Below, piece by piece: positions 8,995 to 19,022 of a DNA stretch of 48,275 bases. How positions within the stretch are numbered: the first letter of the stretch is position 1; each line of letters starts with the position of its first letter. This stretch comes from an uncultured Candidatus Sericytochromatia bacterium. Its GTDB lineage: Bacteria > Cyanobacteriota > Sericytochromatia > UBA7694 > JACMQJ01. A program made the translations under genes and the position numbers. The notes beneath the pieces are model-generated. The model was not told where the DNA came from. It made no database searches and worked only from the letters and a program-made list of their open reading frames with translations. The stretch lies in NCBI GenBank assembly GCA_964422885.1, contig CAYRDV010000001.1, positions 1 through 48,275 of the forward strand, given 5' to 3'.

Positions 8995-9564
8995 TTATTT
9001 CTTTTTCCATTTTCCACGGGATTCAACTCTTTTTTTTACAGCTTCAGCCATCCGGTAAAGACTGCCTTTTGAAAAATAATCCTTTACGAATCCAGGCACA
9101 GGTATTCCTATATCAACATTGGTTATATAAACTACTTTTGTATAATGTGAGTCATATGATTCAAGCTTCCATGAACCATTAATACTTTTTATTTTTCCGC
9201 TTACTTTTTCAAAGGTTATTTTCCAGTCATCTTTATCATAATGTCTTCTTATTTCATAGGATATGTCAATCAGAGGAGGAGCTTCAGGCTGTATAAATAC
9301 AACTTCTGTATCTTTAGCTTTACTTCGTATCTGAACTTTTTCTATTGGCATAAATTCAGGGTATTTTTCATAATCAACCAGCACATCCCAGATTTTTTCA
9401 GGCTTAGCTTTTACTAAAAATGTAAGTTGTGTTTCACTCTTACTGGATGTTGAGATGTCTTTGACTACAGGTTTTCCTGATTTTAATGTCGCTAAATCAT
9501 CGTCTGCCAATACAACTGTTGTCATAGCAAAAAAAGCAATTAAAAATGTAAGAGTTGATTTCAT
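8995..9564 (-). CDS. Secreted SRPBCC (START / polyketide cyclase-dehydrase-like) ligand-binding protein
   Basis: Signal peptide present. KIWDVLVDYEKYPEFMP is the characteristic SRPBCC N-terminal motif, and the ~190-aa size fits. Confidence 0.55.
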   Translation of the reverse strand: MKSTLTFLIAFFAMTTVVLADDDLATLKSGKPVVKDISTSSKSETQLTFLVKAKPEKIWDVLVDYEKYPEFMPIEKVQIRSKAKDTEVVFIQPEAPPLIDISYEIRRHYDKDDWKITFEKVSGKIKSINGSWKLESYDSHYTKVVYITNVDIGIPVPGFVKDYFSKGSLYRMAEAVKKRVESRGKWKKK

Positions 9565-9632
9565 AATTAAATTCCGTTTTATTAATAAGGCCAGTTATTT
9601 TCATTATATTTGATAATTGGAAATTTGGAAAA

Positions 9633-12600
9633 CTATTTTATTTTTACAACAACTAATGTAATATCATCCTCCATTTCAGGGACACCAACTGTCCATTTAT
9701 AGAATTCTTCAAGAATTGCTTCTTTTAGTTCAGTACTTGATAAAAAGCTATTTCCTCTGATAAAATCTTCCATTCTATCATAGCCAAATTCTTCACCCTG
9801 AGTATTCCTGGCTTCAACAATCCCATCCGTAAAATATACAAGAACATCTTTGGGAGCAAGTTGTATTGTCGATTCTCTGAATTTTGTAGATTCTTTTACT
9901 CCCAATTGGTAAGCAGGAATTACTGTTATTGGTTCTAGTTCTTTGATTTCATGTTTGTAATAATAAGGTAAAGGATGACCTGCAGAAGATATGGTCATAG
10001 TATTATCCTTCATATTATAAATACTGTATAAAAAGCCCATCCTGGTTCTTCTCTCGCTTTTTCCACCAAGGATCATACTGTTTAAAGCGTTCATTACAGG
10101 AATAACATTTGGATCAACTTTACATTGTACAAACATACAGCTTTTTGCCATTGCCATTAATAAACCAGCTGATACTCCATGACCTGTTACATCACCAAAA
10201 GCAATTGCAAAGCGGTCCTCATCAAGCATTATATAATCGTAATAATCCCCGCCAACTTCCGTTGCTGAACATGAATATCCTGAGATTTCTAATTTTTCAA
10301 ACTGTGGTTCTCCCGAAGGCATCATTGATTTTTGGATATTTCGGGCAATTTCCAGTTCCTGTTTTAGTTGATCCTGTTTTCTCTGAACTTCAAGAAGGTT
10401 CAGGTTTTCAATAGCTACAGCAGTCTGGCCAACAATATCCTCCAGCAATGATAAATCTTTTTGGGTAAAAGATTTAACTAATGTCCTGCTACTCATATAT
10501 ATCACGCCAAGTAGCTTTTTATTACTGATTAGCGGAACACACATTACGCTTCTTATATCCAAAGCGATTATGCTGGCCTGAGTGCTTATTGATTTATCAT
10601 CCATAGTATCAACTACAGATACTGACTTATTTGTTTCTGTTACCTTTTTTATAATGCTGGAACTTATTTTTAAATCAATTTCCCGGTTTCCTTCCTTATT
10701 AAGACGTGCTTCACATTTCAGCTCATCTCCCGTAAGTACGTAGCCAATTTCTCCACCTGTAATTCTAATTGCAAAGCCAAGGACTTTATAAAGTAGTTCT
10801 TCTCTGGTGAAGGCATTGGCAATGGTTCTGGATAACTCATTTAACATTTGCAGTTTTTCATTTTTTTCATTTGCTTGTTGGTGCAGACTGGCATTAACTA
10901 TTGCAATACTGGCAAATGTAGCAATTGACTCTACAAGATTTAAATCATCCTCTGTAAATGTTTTTATAACGGACTGGCGATCCAGGTATATAAGACCGAT
11001 AACTTTTTCGTTATCTTTTAGAGGGACGCAAATAACTGTTCTAAGATCAAGGGCTAATACACTTCTCTGTGTCGAAAACCTGCTATCAGCCTGGGCATCA
11101 GCAACCCATAAAGGTTTTCCGGTTTTTAAAACATCCTCTGTAAAACTTTTACTAAAAGTAAGCATTTTGTTTTCACCTGATGAACCTTCTTTTGTCCTGA
11201 CAATTTGAGAATAAAGCTCTCCCCGTTCATTCAGAAGAATTAAAAACCCCCTGTCTGCTTCACTTACATCAATTATTTTTTCAATAACAATATTTAAGAT
11301 ATTATTCAGGTTAAGGCTACTCAGAAGCATTTGTCCAAAATTATTAAGCAACTCAACTCTTTTTATTTTTTCTATCAAAATTTGGTTCTCAACAAGGTTC
11401 TCCGGGGAAAACTCTTCTTGTTCTGTTTCTTGCCTATTTCCTGTAATTCCTAAAGCAGAGAAGAGGTCAATAAGTTTAAAGCCGATATCTGTAGCATGTT
11501 CCTGTGATGAATTACGGTTAACATTATTTGTTACAGATTTTAACGGTTCTAAAGGTATATTTGTTTCCTTTTTTAGAGGAGTATTTTTTGAGAGCAGGGA
11601 AGGTTTAGGAACCGAGTTTAATCTTGGAAGAAGTTTATTCGCCTGATATTCATTATTTATTTCCCTGAATTTGGCAATGGCTTTTTGCCAGGTAGTTCTT
11701 GTCAAATCAAATTTCTTCCTTTCCTGCCAAATTTCACCGATGGCGATTTGAGTAAATGCTTCCTGTATGGTTATTTCATTTTCTTTGGCAATTCCAAGGC
11801 TTTTCATTAAATAATCATGTGAGTTTTCATAATCTTTTTTTTCGGCATATACCTGCCCAAGTAATCTGTATGTATTTGCCAGATGATAAGGGTTCTCAAA
11901 TTCATCTGAGCTGGCAAGAGAATGAGCTTTTTCAGCAACTTTTAAAGCTTCTTCAACCTGATGGTTTTTTAAATATGCTTCGGATAATCTATAAAGTGCT
12001 GGTAATAACTGGTCATTCCGTAATTTTTCGTCTTCATCCTGGCTTAAATTTACGGCCTGAATAAATAATTCAATTGCTTCTTTAAACTTGTTTTCTTCCA
12101 TTAGAAGCATTGCTTCCAATATTAAGCCATTAGCTTGTTGATGAGGATTCCCAAGTCTTTGTCCCAATTCGACTATTTTTTTTGTCATTGATTTTGCTTC
12201 CAGAATCTGACCATTTTGGATAGCGGCAAAAGCAAGGCAGACGTTAAATCTGTTTTCATGCTGGATTGGTCTTCCCATACGCTTTACCATATTCATCAGC
12301 TTTTCCTGAAGATTTTTTATTTTGTCATAATTTCCAGTTAGGCTAAAATGTACAACATCAGGATAATAGGACCAAAAATCAAGATCAAGGTGATTATATT
12401 TTTTGGCAATTTCAATTACAGTCTCTGAATATTTATTATCACCTACAGGCTCGCCAAGCCAGGCAACCGCATCTTCACGGATAAATGAGGCGAAACCATA
12501 AGCCCATACCAGAGGAGGATGAAGTTTTGAAAGATTCTTCTCCAATATTTCAACTGATTCTTCCATGTCTTGTACCAGTTGTCTGAATCTACCTGTTGTA

Positions 12601-15131
12601 AGAAGGCCGTTTAGCCTGCCAAAAAGCATCAGGCCACTAATAAGTGAGTTCCTATATTCTTCATTTTCAATAACAGGATTGGTAATAGAAAAAGCCTTCT
12701 CATTCTGCCCGATCATTGTATAACTTGATGCTCTTATGCTTTGAAACTCTGCTGTTGTTTCCAGTCCCAGCCCTTTTTTTTCCAGGGCAGGAATCAGTTT
12801 TTCAGTTGTATCAAGACATATTCTGGGGGCAATCATATAGCTTATCCAGGCCAGTTTTTTCCAGGCTAACTCCAGGACAAAACTTTTATTAAAGTAATCT
12901 CCTGCTGTTTCCCTAGTTAGGTTTACCGTTTTTTCATCTCTACTGCATATTTCAAATAAATAAGCATTTAACCATGATTCTCCAAGATCTTCTTCCAATT
13001 GCTCTAGAAAATCTGTTGCTTGCTTTAAAAGCTGTGATGATTCCATTCTTACTGGAGAAGAAAAACCTGCCATCAATAAATATTTAATAGCCCGTTTTAG
13101 ATCAAAGCTTCGGCTAAAGTGGTAAGCTAATTCGCCTGAAATATTTACCAGTTGCTCCATATTTTCATTTTCGATAGTCTCTGCTACCTTTTGGTGCAGA
13201 TTTTTTCGGTTTTCTTCTCCCAAACTGCTGTAAAGAGTTTCTCTTACCCTGTCATGAGGAAACAAATATTCATGTTCAAATCTATTTAAAAATTGCCTTT
13301 CGATTAACTCATCAATTGAAACAAAAATTTCTTCTTCATCCCAGCCACTGACTGCTTTAAAAAGGGATAGTCTGAGTTTTCTTCCGGCTACTGCAGCCAG
13401 CCTGATTAGTTCCATTGCTTTTGGGCTTAAAGTATTTAAGCGCCTGTTTACTGTAGCTTCAATACTTGTAGGTAATTCCCAGGACGTATAATCGGTTGGT
13501 AAAAACCAGGTACCAAACCTTATTTGTAATATTCCTTCTTCAACAAGGTAACGCATTACTTCGCTTATGAAAAAGGCATTTCCTCCGGTCGCATTTTTTA
13601 CATGTTCAACAAAATCCATCTTAAGTTCAACACTGCCAAACATTGCTTTAATAAGGGAAGCAATATCTTCTGTTGTAAATGGTTCAAGCTTTACTAAAGT
13701 AGTAAGTTCTTCTTCAAGTGTTTGCCATAATGGGTGTCCTGGTGGTACTTCATCATCTCTGAATGTTCCCATAAACATTATTTTTGCTTTATGTAAGTCC
13801 CGGATACAGGTGTTTAATAGATCAATACTGGCCTGATCGATCCAATGTAAATCATCAATAAAAACAACTAATTCTTCTCTGATGGATACCCCTGACAGCC
13901 AGGCTGTAACAGTATCAAACAGCCTTAATTTTTCGGCAATTCCCTGTAAATTTTCTAAAGGTTCAAACCCTTTTTCTTTTAATTCGGGAAATAGTTTAAT
14001 TAGTATATTTCCATACTTTTCCAGTTCTTCCCTTGTTGTTAATGGAATAACCTGCCTTAAAGCATCTGCAACAGGTTTATATGCCGACATACCCTGCTCA
14101 AAGCAATGCCCTGTAAGAAAAGGATGTTCAGCAAGTTGCACATGAAGTTTAAATTCCTGGACTAATCTTGATTTACCTACACCAGCCGGAGCCGCAATAA
14201 ATACTGATTTACCATTGCTTTTAGAAACATTTTCTAATGATGCTTCAAGTATTTTAAGCTCTTTACCCCGACCAACAAGCACACTACTGCTTAAATAGCT
14301 TCTTTTTTGTTCCAAGGTCTCTGCTAATACTTCTTCACCAATAATTCCGGTAAGATCTGCAATTACTTCGGATGCTGTTTTGTATCTGTCCTGCTGATTT
14401 TTTTCCAGTAATTTTAAGATTATTTTTTCAAACTTTTCAGGAAGGTCATTTTTAAATTCGCTGGGTGGTGTAACCTGTGTATTTATATGTGCCCTGATTA
14501 CTTCAAGTACAGTTTCTCCAGTAAATGGTAATTTTCCTGTTACCATTTCATATGCCATTACTCCAACTGAGTAAAGATCTGAACTGGCATTGATAATTCC
14601 TCCGGTGGGAATTTCAGGCGGAAGGTAGTCTACAGTTCCTGTAATCTGACCATTACTTCTTAAGCCCATTTGATTCATCAGGCCAAAATCCATTACCTTT
14701 ATAGTGCCATCTCCTTTTATTCTGATATTTTGTGGCTTAATATCACAATGAACCAATAATCTTGAATGGATAAAACTTAGTGCCTGACATATTTGTATTA
14801 GTATCCTACAAATTTCTTTATAATCAAGGCCTTTTATTTCAGAAAGTTCTTTCCCTGGTACAACTTCCATTGTCAGGTAGGGTGATTTATCCGGCATAAT
14901 TCCATAGTCAAAAACATTAACAGTATTTGGATGTTTTAGTTTATTCATTACCCTGAATTCCTGTTTAAACTGGAGTAATGTTTCCGGTGAATCAGCAATT
15001 TGTTTTGAAAGAATTTTAAAGGCTACAATATCTTTGCTGAGATTGTCTTCTACCTGAAAGACGGATCCCATACCACCTTCACCTAATTTTTTTAAAACTT
15101 TATAACGGTTTGCAAGAACCTGCTCAGTCAT
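9633..15131 (-). CDS. Multidomain Ser/Thr protein kinase - STAND (AAA_16-type) ATPase - TPR array - GAF - GAF - PP2C/SpoIIE phosphatase
   Basis: Kinase: GEGGMGSVF, VAFKIL, HCDIKPQN, DFG, GTVDYLPPE. ATPase: Walker A APAGVGKSRL and Walker B VVFIDDLHWID. TPR-like helices span roughly aa 900-1150. Two GAF-like blocks (ADRGFLILLN.., LIYLDRQ; GGEIGYVL.., VIYMSSR). PP2C/SpoIIE: EVGGDYYDY, AFGDVTGHGVSAG, FTDGIVEA, DDITLVVVK. Confidence 0.9.
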   Translation of the reverse strand: MTEQVLANRYKVLKKLGEGGMGSVFQVEDNLSKDIVAFKILSKQIADSPETLLQFKQEFRVMNKLKHPNTVNVFDYGIMPDKSPYLTMEVVPGKELSEIKGLDYKEICRILIQICQALSFIHSRLLVHCDIKPQNIRIKGDGTIKVMDFGLMNQMGLRSNGQITGTVDYLPPEIPTGGIINASSDLYSVGVMAYEMVTGKLPFTGETVLEVIRAHINTQVTPPSEFKNDLPEKFEKIILKLLEKNQQDRYKTASEVIADLTGIIGEEVLAETLEQKRSYLSSSVLVGRGKELKILEASLENVSKSNGKSVFIAAPAGVGKSRLVQEFKLHVQLAEHPFLTGHCFEQGMSAYKPVADALRQVIPLTTREELEKYGNILIKLFPELKEKGFEPLENLQGIAEKLRLFDTVTAWLSGVSIREELVVFIDDLHWIDQASIDLLNTCIRDLHKAKIMFMGTFRDDEVPPGHPLWQTLEEELTTLVKLEPFTTEDIASLIKAMFGSVELKMDFVEHVKNATGGNAFFISEVMRYLVEEGILQIRFGTWFLPTDYTSWELPTSIEATVNRRLNTLSPKAMELIRLAAVAGRKLRLSLFKAVSGWDEEEIFVSIDELIERQFLNRFEHEYLFPHDRVRETLYSSLGEENRKNLHQKVAETIENENMEQLVNISGELAYHFSRSFDLKRAIKYLLMAGFSSPVRMESSQLLKQATDFLEQLEEDLGESWLNAYLFEICSRDEKTVNLTRETAGDYFNKSFVLELAWKKLAWISYMIAPRICLDTTEKLIPALEKKGLGLETTAEFQSIRASSYTMIGQNEKAFSITNPVIENEEYRNSLISGLMLFGRLNGLLTTGRFRQLVQDMEESVEILEKNLSKLHPPLVWAYGFASFIREDAVAWLGEPVGDNKYSETVIEIAKKYNHLDLDFWSYYPDVVHFSLTGNYDKIKNLQEKLMNMVKRMGRPIQHENRFNVCLAFAAIQNGQILEAKSMTKKIVELGQRLGNPHQQANGLILEAMLLMEENKFKEAIELFIQAVNLSQDEDEKLRNDQLLPALYRLSEAYLKNHQVEEALKVAEKAHSLASSDEFENPYHLANTYRLLGQVYAEKKDYENSHDYLMKSLGIAKENEITIQEAFTQIAIGEIWQERKKFDLTRTTWQKAIAKFREINNEYQANKLLPRLNSVPKPSLLSKNTPLKKETNIPLEPLKSVTNNVNRNSSQEHATDIGFKLIDLFSALGITGNRQETEQEEFSPENLVENQILIEKIKRVELLNNFGQMLLSSLNLNNILNIVIEKIIDVSEADRGFLILLNERGELYSQIVRTKEGSSGENKMLTFSKSFTEDVLKTGKPLWVADAQADSRFSTQRSVLALDLRTVICVPLKDNEKVIGLIYLDRQSVIKTFTEDDLNLVESIATFASIAIVNASLHQQANEKNEKLQMLNELSRTIANAFTREELLYKVLGFAIRITGGEIGYVLTGDELKCEARLNKEGNREIDLKISSSIIKKVTETNKSVSVVDTMDDKSISTQASIIALDIRSVMCVPLISNKKLLGVIYMSSRTLVKSFTQKDLSLLEDIVGQTAVAIENLNLLEVQRKQDQLKQELEIARNIQKSMMPSGEPQFEKLEISGYSCSATEVGGDYYDYIMLDEDRFAIAFGDVTGHGVSAGLLMAMAKSCMFVQCKVDPNVIPVMNALNSMILGGKSERRTRMGFLYSIYNMKDNTMTISSAGHPLPYYYKHEIKELEPITVIPAYQLGVKESTKFRESTIQLAPKDVLVYFTDGIVEARNTQGEEFGYDRMEDFIRGNSFLSSTELKEAILEEFYKWTVGVPEMEDDITLVVVKIK

Positions 15132-15259
15132 AAATTAATTCTCATATTCAATTATTTTAGTCCTAAGATAATCATAATCTTTTTGTCTATCATGAATTTT
15201 ACCATCAAGTTTAATTTCCAGTTTAGATTCATGGTGAAAAAAATATTCTATAAAGTTAC

Positions 15260-16696
15260 TTATAGGCTAATTTCAAGTATTTTTTTATTTGAAATCTGTT
15301 TATCCTGAACATCAAAATTACCATTATTATTTGAATCTTCATAGAAAACAGCAAAAGCCTTTTTTCCTTCATCAGATTTATCGATAGAAACGTTCAGTTT
15401 TTCATATTTTCCCGGAGTTAATAGTTTTGTGCTTCCTAAAACCTCTCCTGGTTCCCCTGCCTCATCTTTTTTAATTACGACAAAACCGGGTTTTTCAATC
15501 TGAATTGAATTAATGGTTATTTCATAATTTTGAACCTGCTCCCTTTTTTTCCCTTCATTCGGTGTTGCTGCTACTGCTACTTTATTAGTATTAACTGAAG
15601 GAGGTTCTGCATTTCTGTTTCTGGCAGGTTCAGATAGTTTATTGCTATCTGCTTTTGCTTTCTTGTCTTTAGAATCGTCCAGATCAAAAGTTTTTTCTTT
15701 ATCTTTTAGTGAATCAGTTTCACCTTTATTTTGGATATTATTTCTGGTTTCTGTTTTTTCCAGGGGAATATTATCTGCAATTTGCTCTTCTTCGTTTTTT
15801 AGTAATCCTGTTTCTTCCGGTCTTTGTGCCAGAATCATTGGTTTTTGTTCTGGTGAAGGTATGCTTATGGCAGGCTGAGGAACACCAACTGGTTTAACAG
15901 GTTCTGGAGTTATAATCTGTTTTTTTACTAAAGGTTCTGTGACTACTGGTCCTACCTGACCATCTTCCTTAATAACAGAAGGTTTATCTGGTAAAGGACC
16001 AGCGTTCCTATATTCAGATTTCCCTGCTAAATAATGATTTTTTTTCTCAGTAGCTTGTTTTGGTGCTGATGGAGCCTTTTCTGCAAGTATTGAATTCTCT
16101 TTAAACTTTTCAGATGTGTTTTTCAGAACTGAACTCTTAATTTCATCTGTTGTTTTACCCAATAATTTACCTGACACATTTTCCAAAACTTTCGCTTCTT
16201 TTTGTGGCGCTTTTGCAACTTCCATTTTTGTTGCTTTATCACTGAGAGGATTTATAAAAATAAAGATACAGGCTACCATCGCAACAGCAAGACCAGAAGC
16301 CTGAGTAGCTGGGCTATTTTTTAATTTTAGAATAATGGCAAAAATATTTTTCTTTTTTTGTTCATTTTTTTCCAGTACTTTTTCTTTGAGCCATTGAGGT
16401 GAATAGTTTTCCAGTTCTTCAACTTTTGTTTTTAATTGGGAATAAACTTTGAAGCAGTTATCACATGAAAATAATGTATTCTCAATTTCTACTTTCTGTG
16501 TTTCATCAATATTATTATCATAGTAGGCACAAATATCCTCTATATCATGTCCACAAGGTAAATCTGGGCTATTTGAAACTATTTTTTTTACAAGGTCAAC
16601 AGTTTTAAGAAGCGTTTTTCCCTTTTCTATATTAAGAAAATCGCCTTCCTGTTCTTTATTATCCAGGTATCTTAAAACTTTTTCAAAATCATCCAT
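15260..16696 (-). CDS. Putative membrane anti-sigma factor (degenerate zf-HC2/ZAS-like N-terminus, one TM helix, long Pro/Lys/Glu-rich extracytoplasmic region)
   Basis: ICAYYDNNIDETQKVEIENTLFSCDNC resembles the anti-sigma zf-HC2 region, but the usual His is missing. TM segment GLAVAMVACIFIFI. It sits directly downstream of a sigma-like gene. Confidence 0.45.
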   Translation of the reverse strand: MDDFEKVLRYLDNKEQEGDFLNIEKGKTLLKTVDLVKKIVSNSPDLPCGHDIEDICAYYDNNIDETQKVEIENTLFSCDNCFKVYSQLKTKVEELENYSPQWLKEKVLEKNEQKKKNIFAIILKLKNSPATQASGLAVAMVACIFIFINPLSDKATKMEVAKAPQKEAKVLENVSGKLLGKTTDEIKSSVLKNTSEKFKENSILAEKAPSAPKQATEKKNHYLAGKSEYRNAGPLPDKPSVIKEDGQVGPVVTEPLVKKQIITPEPVKPVGVPQPAISIPSPEQKPMILAQRPEETGLLKNEEEQIADNIPLEKTETRNNIQNKGETDSLKDKEKTFDLDDSKDKKAKADSNKLSEPARNRNAEPPSVNTNKVAVAATPNEGKKREQVQNYEITINSIQIEKPGFVVIKKDEAGEPGEVLGSTKLLTPGKYEKLNVSIDKSDEGKKAFAVFYEDSNNNGNFDVQDKQISNKKILEISL

Positions 16697-16748
16697 ATTA
16701 ATTTTTTATTATTCCTCATAAATATTAGACAGCTAAATTTTTAAATTT

Positions 16749-17711
16749 TTAAACCTCCGTTACTTTAAAAATGTCATAAAGTGCATCCTTAAATTCTTTT
16801 AAATCAACATTACTGTCCTGATAATGCTCTTTTATATTATTAACAAGGGTTTTGATGGATTTATCCAGTTCAGGATATACTTCCTGTTCCGTTTGAAATT
16901 TAAAAAGAGTGGCATATTCAGTAAAAATATCTTTTACTGATAAATTATTCTTAAATTTTAATTTTAATAATCTTTTTTGTTTGCTTTCTAAGGTATTAAA
17001 GCATGATTCAAATACTTGTTTTACTTCTGTATTTGTATAATCTGAATCATAAATTTCTATTTCTTTTTGGGTTTCATTTCCATTTTCATTAATAATGTCC
17101 AATGTTTCTGTTTTTTTATTTTTTGAAAATTGTGAGTAAAGATGTTGCCAGGCTTTATCATTACCATCACTTTTTAGCAGAGTTTCAATTCTCTCAAAAC
17201 TCTTTAACGTACAATCCTTATCTATTCCAAGCCTTTCAAGTTTCTCAACAGCATTATCTACATCAGAGCTTCGGCATAATACTTTATAAACTTTTTTATC
17301 TGTTTCAGTTGTATCTTTTAAGGCAACAGGAATATTTATTTTTCCATGTTTGGTAATAAAGTAATCACTGTATATGAAATTAAGACAAGCTGTAATATAG
17401 GTCTTTAGCGAACTTTTTCCCTGGTATTTAGCTATTCTTGTTTTTAAGGCATTAAAAATATATACATACAAATCAAGGCCTTCTTCGCAGGTTGAACCAG
17501 AGTCAGTTAAAGTCTTTTTATTTCTGATTATTTCTGCTGCACAGTCCTTTGTTTCAGAAATTATTCTACATGTTTTTCTGCACCAGGAAATAATATTGGA
17601 AAGGATATAATCTGAATATTGATTGACAAACTGATTCCAGGCATGACTATCACCTTGAGCAATCATACTTGCAAGGTTTTTATCTGGTTTATATCTTTCA
17701 AAAAACTGCAT
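16749..17711 (-). CDS. Atypical extended ECF-like sigma factor with a Cys-containing insertion in region 2
   Basis: AWNQFVNQYSDYILSNI is region-2.1-like. KYQGKSSLKTYITACLNFIYSDYF is region-2.2/2.4-like. ESKQKRLLKLKFKNNLSVKDIFTEYA is region-4-like. At 320 aa it is much longer than canonical ECF sigmas. Confidence 0.45.
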   Translation of the reverse strand: MQFFERYKPDKNLASMIAQGDSHAWNQFVNQYSDYILSNIISWCRKTCRIISETKDCAAEIIRNKKTLTDSGSTCEEGLDLYVYIFNALKTRIAKYQGKSSLKTYITACLNFIYSDYFITKHGKINIPVALKDTTETDKKVYKVLCRSSDVDNAVEKLERLGIDKDCTLKSFERIETLLKSDGNDKAWQHLYSQFSKNKKTETLDIINENGNETQKEIEIYDSDYTNTEVKQVFESCFNTLESKQKRLLKLKFKNNLSVKDIFTEYATLFKFQTEQEVYPELDKSIKTLVNNIKEHYQDSNVDLKEFKDALYDIFKVTEV

Positions 17712-17833
17712 TACTTTTATGTTTTCGTAAAGTAATCGAATTAACTAAAAGTTTATCAGAAAATCAATTAATGTTTTAAAAATTAATCAGCAGAGTAACA
17801 GAAAAGCCACCTAAAACTCTTAAAAATAAATTT

Positions 17834-17868
17834 AAAAGGTTTCACTATAGACTATGGTGAAACCTTTT
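17834..17868 (-). terminator. Rho-independent terminator of the cupin / cNMP-HDO operon
   Basis: GGTTTCAC (17838-17845) pairs with GTGAAACC (17857-17864), flanked by AAAA and TTTT. It lies 12 nt downstream of the minus-strand stop at 17880. Confidence 0.65.
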
Positions 17869-17879
17869 ATAATAATTAC

Positions 17880-19022
17880 TTAGTTTTCTAACTTTGGATT
17901 ATATTGCATTGCCCGTTCATACATCCAGTCCCAGAATGAGGCCCGTAATGCTAAAGCCTTCCTCATCCCTTTTGCCAGTTCACGTCTTGATTGTTCAGTC
18001 TGTGCGTAATATTTTGCTATATTAAGCAATGTTGCCTGATGATGATCATCTACTGCTGTATGTAAAGGGAAAAATACCATATCACGTGGATCTAAGCCAG
18101 GTATACTTTGCAAAGCCTTAACAAATGGTTTGTAAAGATCACGTACAATACCCTCAGTACCAAGGCCAAGTGCTCCAATTGCTTCTGCTGGTGAACCACC
18201 AAGTACACTAAGAAACATTTCACGCCAGCAAACAACTTCAATTGAATCATCTTCAATAGCACTGTCTACTACACCAAGCGCATTTCTGAAGCGTTGAAAT
18301 AGTTTCGGATGTGGAATACCAACAATCCATTCGGCTTCAATACCAAATTCAGCCAGTTCCTGAATCTCTTCTTCACCATATACTCCAGATTCTTCTGTCA
18401 GGTTTTCGAGCAGGGCAGAACGATGGTCAGGTTTTTCTAGCCTGCTGATAACTGTTGTAAGGTAACGTGGAAAATGAGCAGAATAACCAAAATAATGACG
18501 ACCAAAATCAGCCATAGCCCAGCGTACATCTGGTAATGTCCCTTCAGCCAGAGCTTTTAAATACCGATGATTTACTGCACGATGGTTCCTTGCTTCTTCA
18601 GCCAGGCTTTCGAGATAGTTATCTACATCATCTGAGTCACCAGAACCTTCAAGACGTGTGTGCATACGTAAAGAGACAGCATTTATCCATGAAACGAGCG
18701 CATCAGAGTCATCTGCAAGAGCTCGTAGAAGTGTCTGACGGTCAAGAACACAAACATTTACATTGCCAACAGCCTTTACAGTTGCTGTTCTTGGTCTCCG
18801 ATCCAAAAAGGCAAATTCACCTACAATATCCCCTGCATGTACATAAGAATGAACCTTATCTTTACTATTTACTTCAACTTTGCCATCTTCAATAAGAAAT
18901 AATCTTTCATCGAAATCGCCTTCGCGAATGAATACTTCCCCGTCAGAGAGCTCTTTTATTGTACCTACGGATCTTACGCGGTTTACAACATTTTCAGGAA
19001 AAGCAGAAATCCATGTTGTCAT
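17880..19022 (-). CDS. Cyclic-nucleotide-binding domain fused to a heme-oxygenase-like (iron-containing redox enzyme / HDO-type) domain
   Basis: N-terminus: GDIVGEFAFLDRRPRTATVKAVG is the CAP/cNMP phosphate-binding-cassette-like motif. C-terminus: ENLTEESG...HPKLFQRF and HTAVDDHH (H-x3-D-x2-H) resemble di-iron ligand motifs of the CADD/PqqC-like heme-oxygenase fold. Confidence 0.65.
   Translation of the reverse strand: MTTWISAFPENVVNRVRSVGTIKELSDGEVFIREGDFDERLFLIEDGKVEVNSKDKVHSYVHAGDIVGEFAFLDRRPRTATVKAVGNVNVCVLDRQTLLRALADDSDALVSWINAVSLRMHTRLEGSGDSDDVDNYLESLAEEARNHRAVNHRYLKALAEGTLPDVRWAMADFGRHYFGYSAHFPRYLTTVISRLEKPDHRSALLENLTEESGVYGEEEIQELAEFGIEAEWIVGIPHPKLFQRFRNALGVVDSAIEDDSIEVVCWREMFLSVLGGSPAEAIGALGLGTEGIVRDLYKPFVKALQSIPGLDPRDMVFFPLHTAVDDHHQATLLNIAKYYAQTEQSRRELAKGMRKALALRASFWDWMYERAMQYNPKLEN

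Noticed and set aside
8925-9182. 85-aa plus-strand ORF spanning the palindrome and the 3' end of the SRPBCC gene
   Set aside because: It runs through the terminator-like palindrome and antisense to 8995..9564, with no motif or RBS.
9633-15131. Kinase-STAND-TPR protein as an Avs/NLR-like antiphage sensor
   Set aside because: No nuclease, TIR, protease or other death-effector domain is present. The added domains (GAF, PP2C) and the sigma/anti-sigma context point to ordinary signal transduction.
17880-19022. cNMP-binding fusion as a Pycsar/CBASS-type effector
   Set aside because: No nucleotide cyclase or CD-NTase gene is adjacent. The fused domain is an oxidase-like fold rather than a TIR, TM or nuclease effector.
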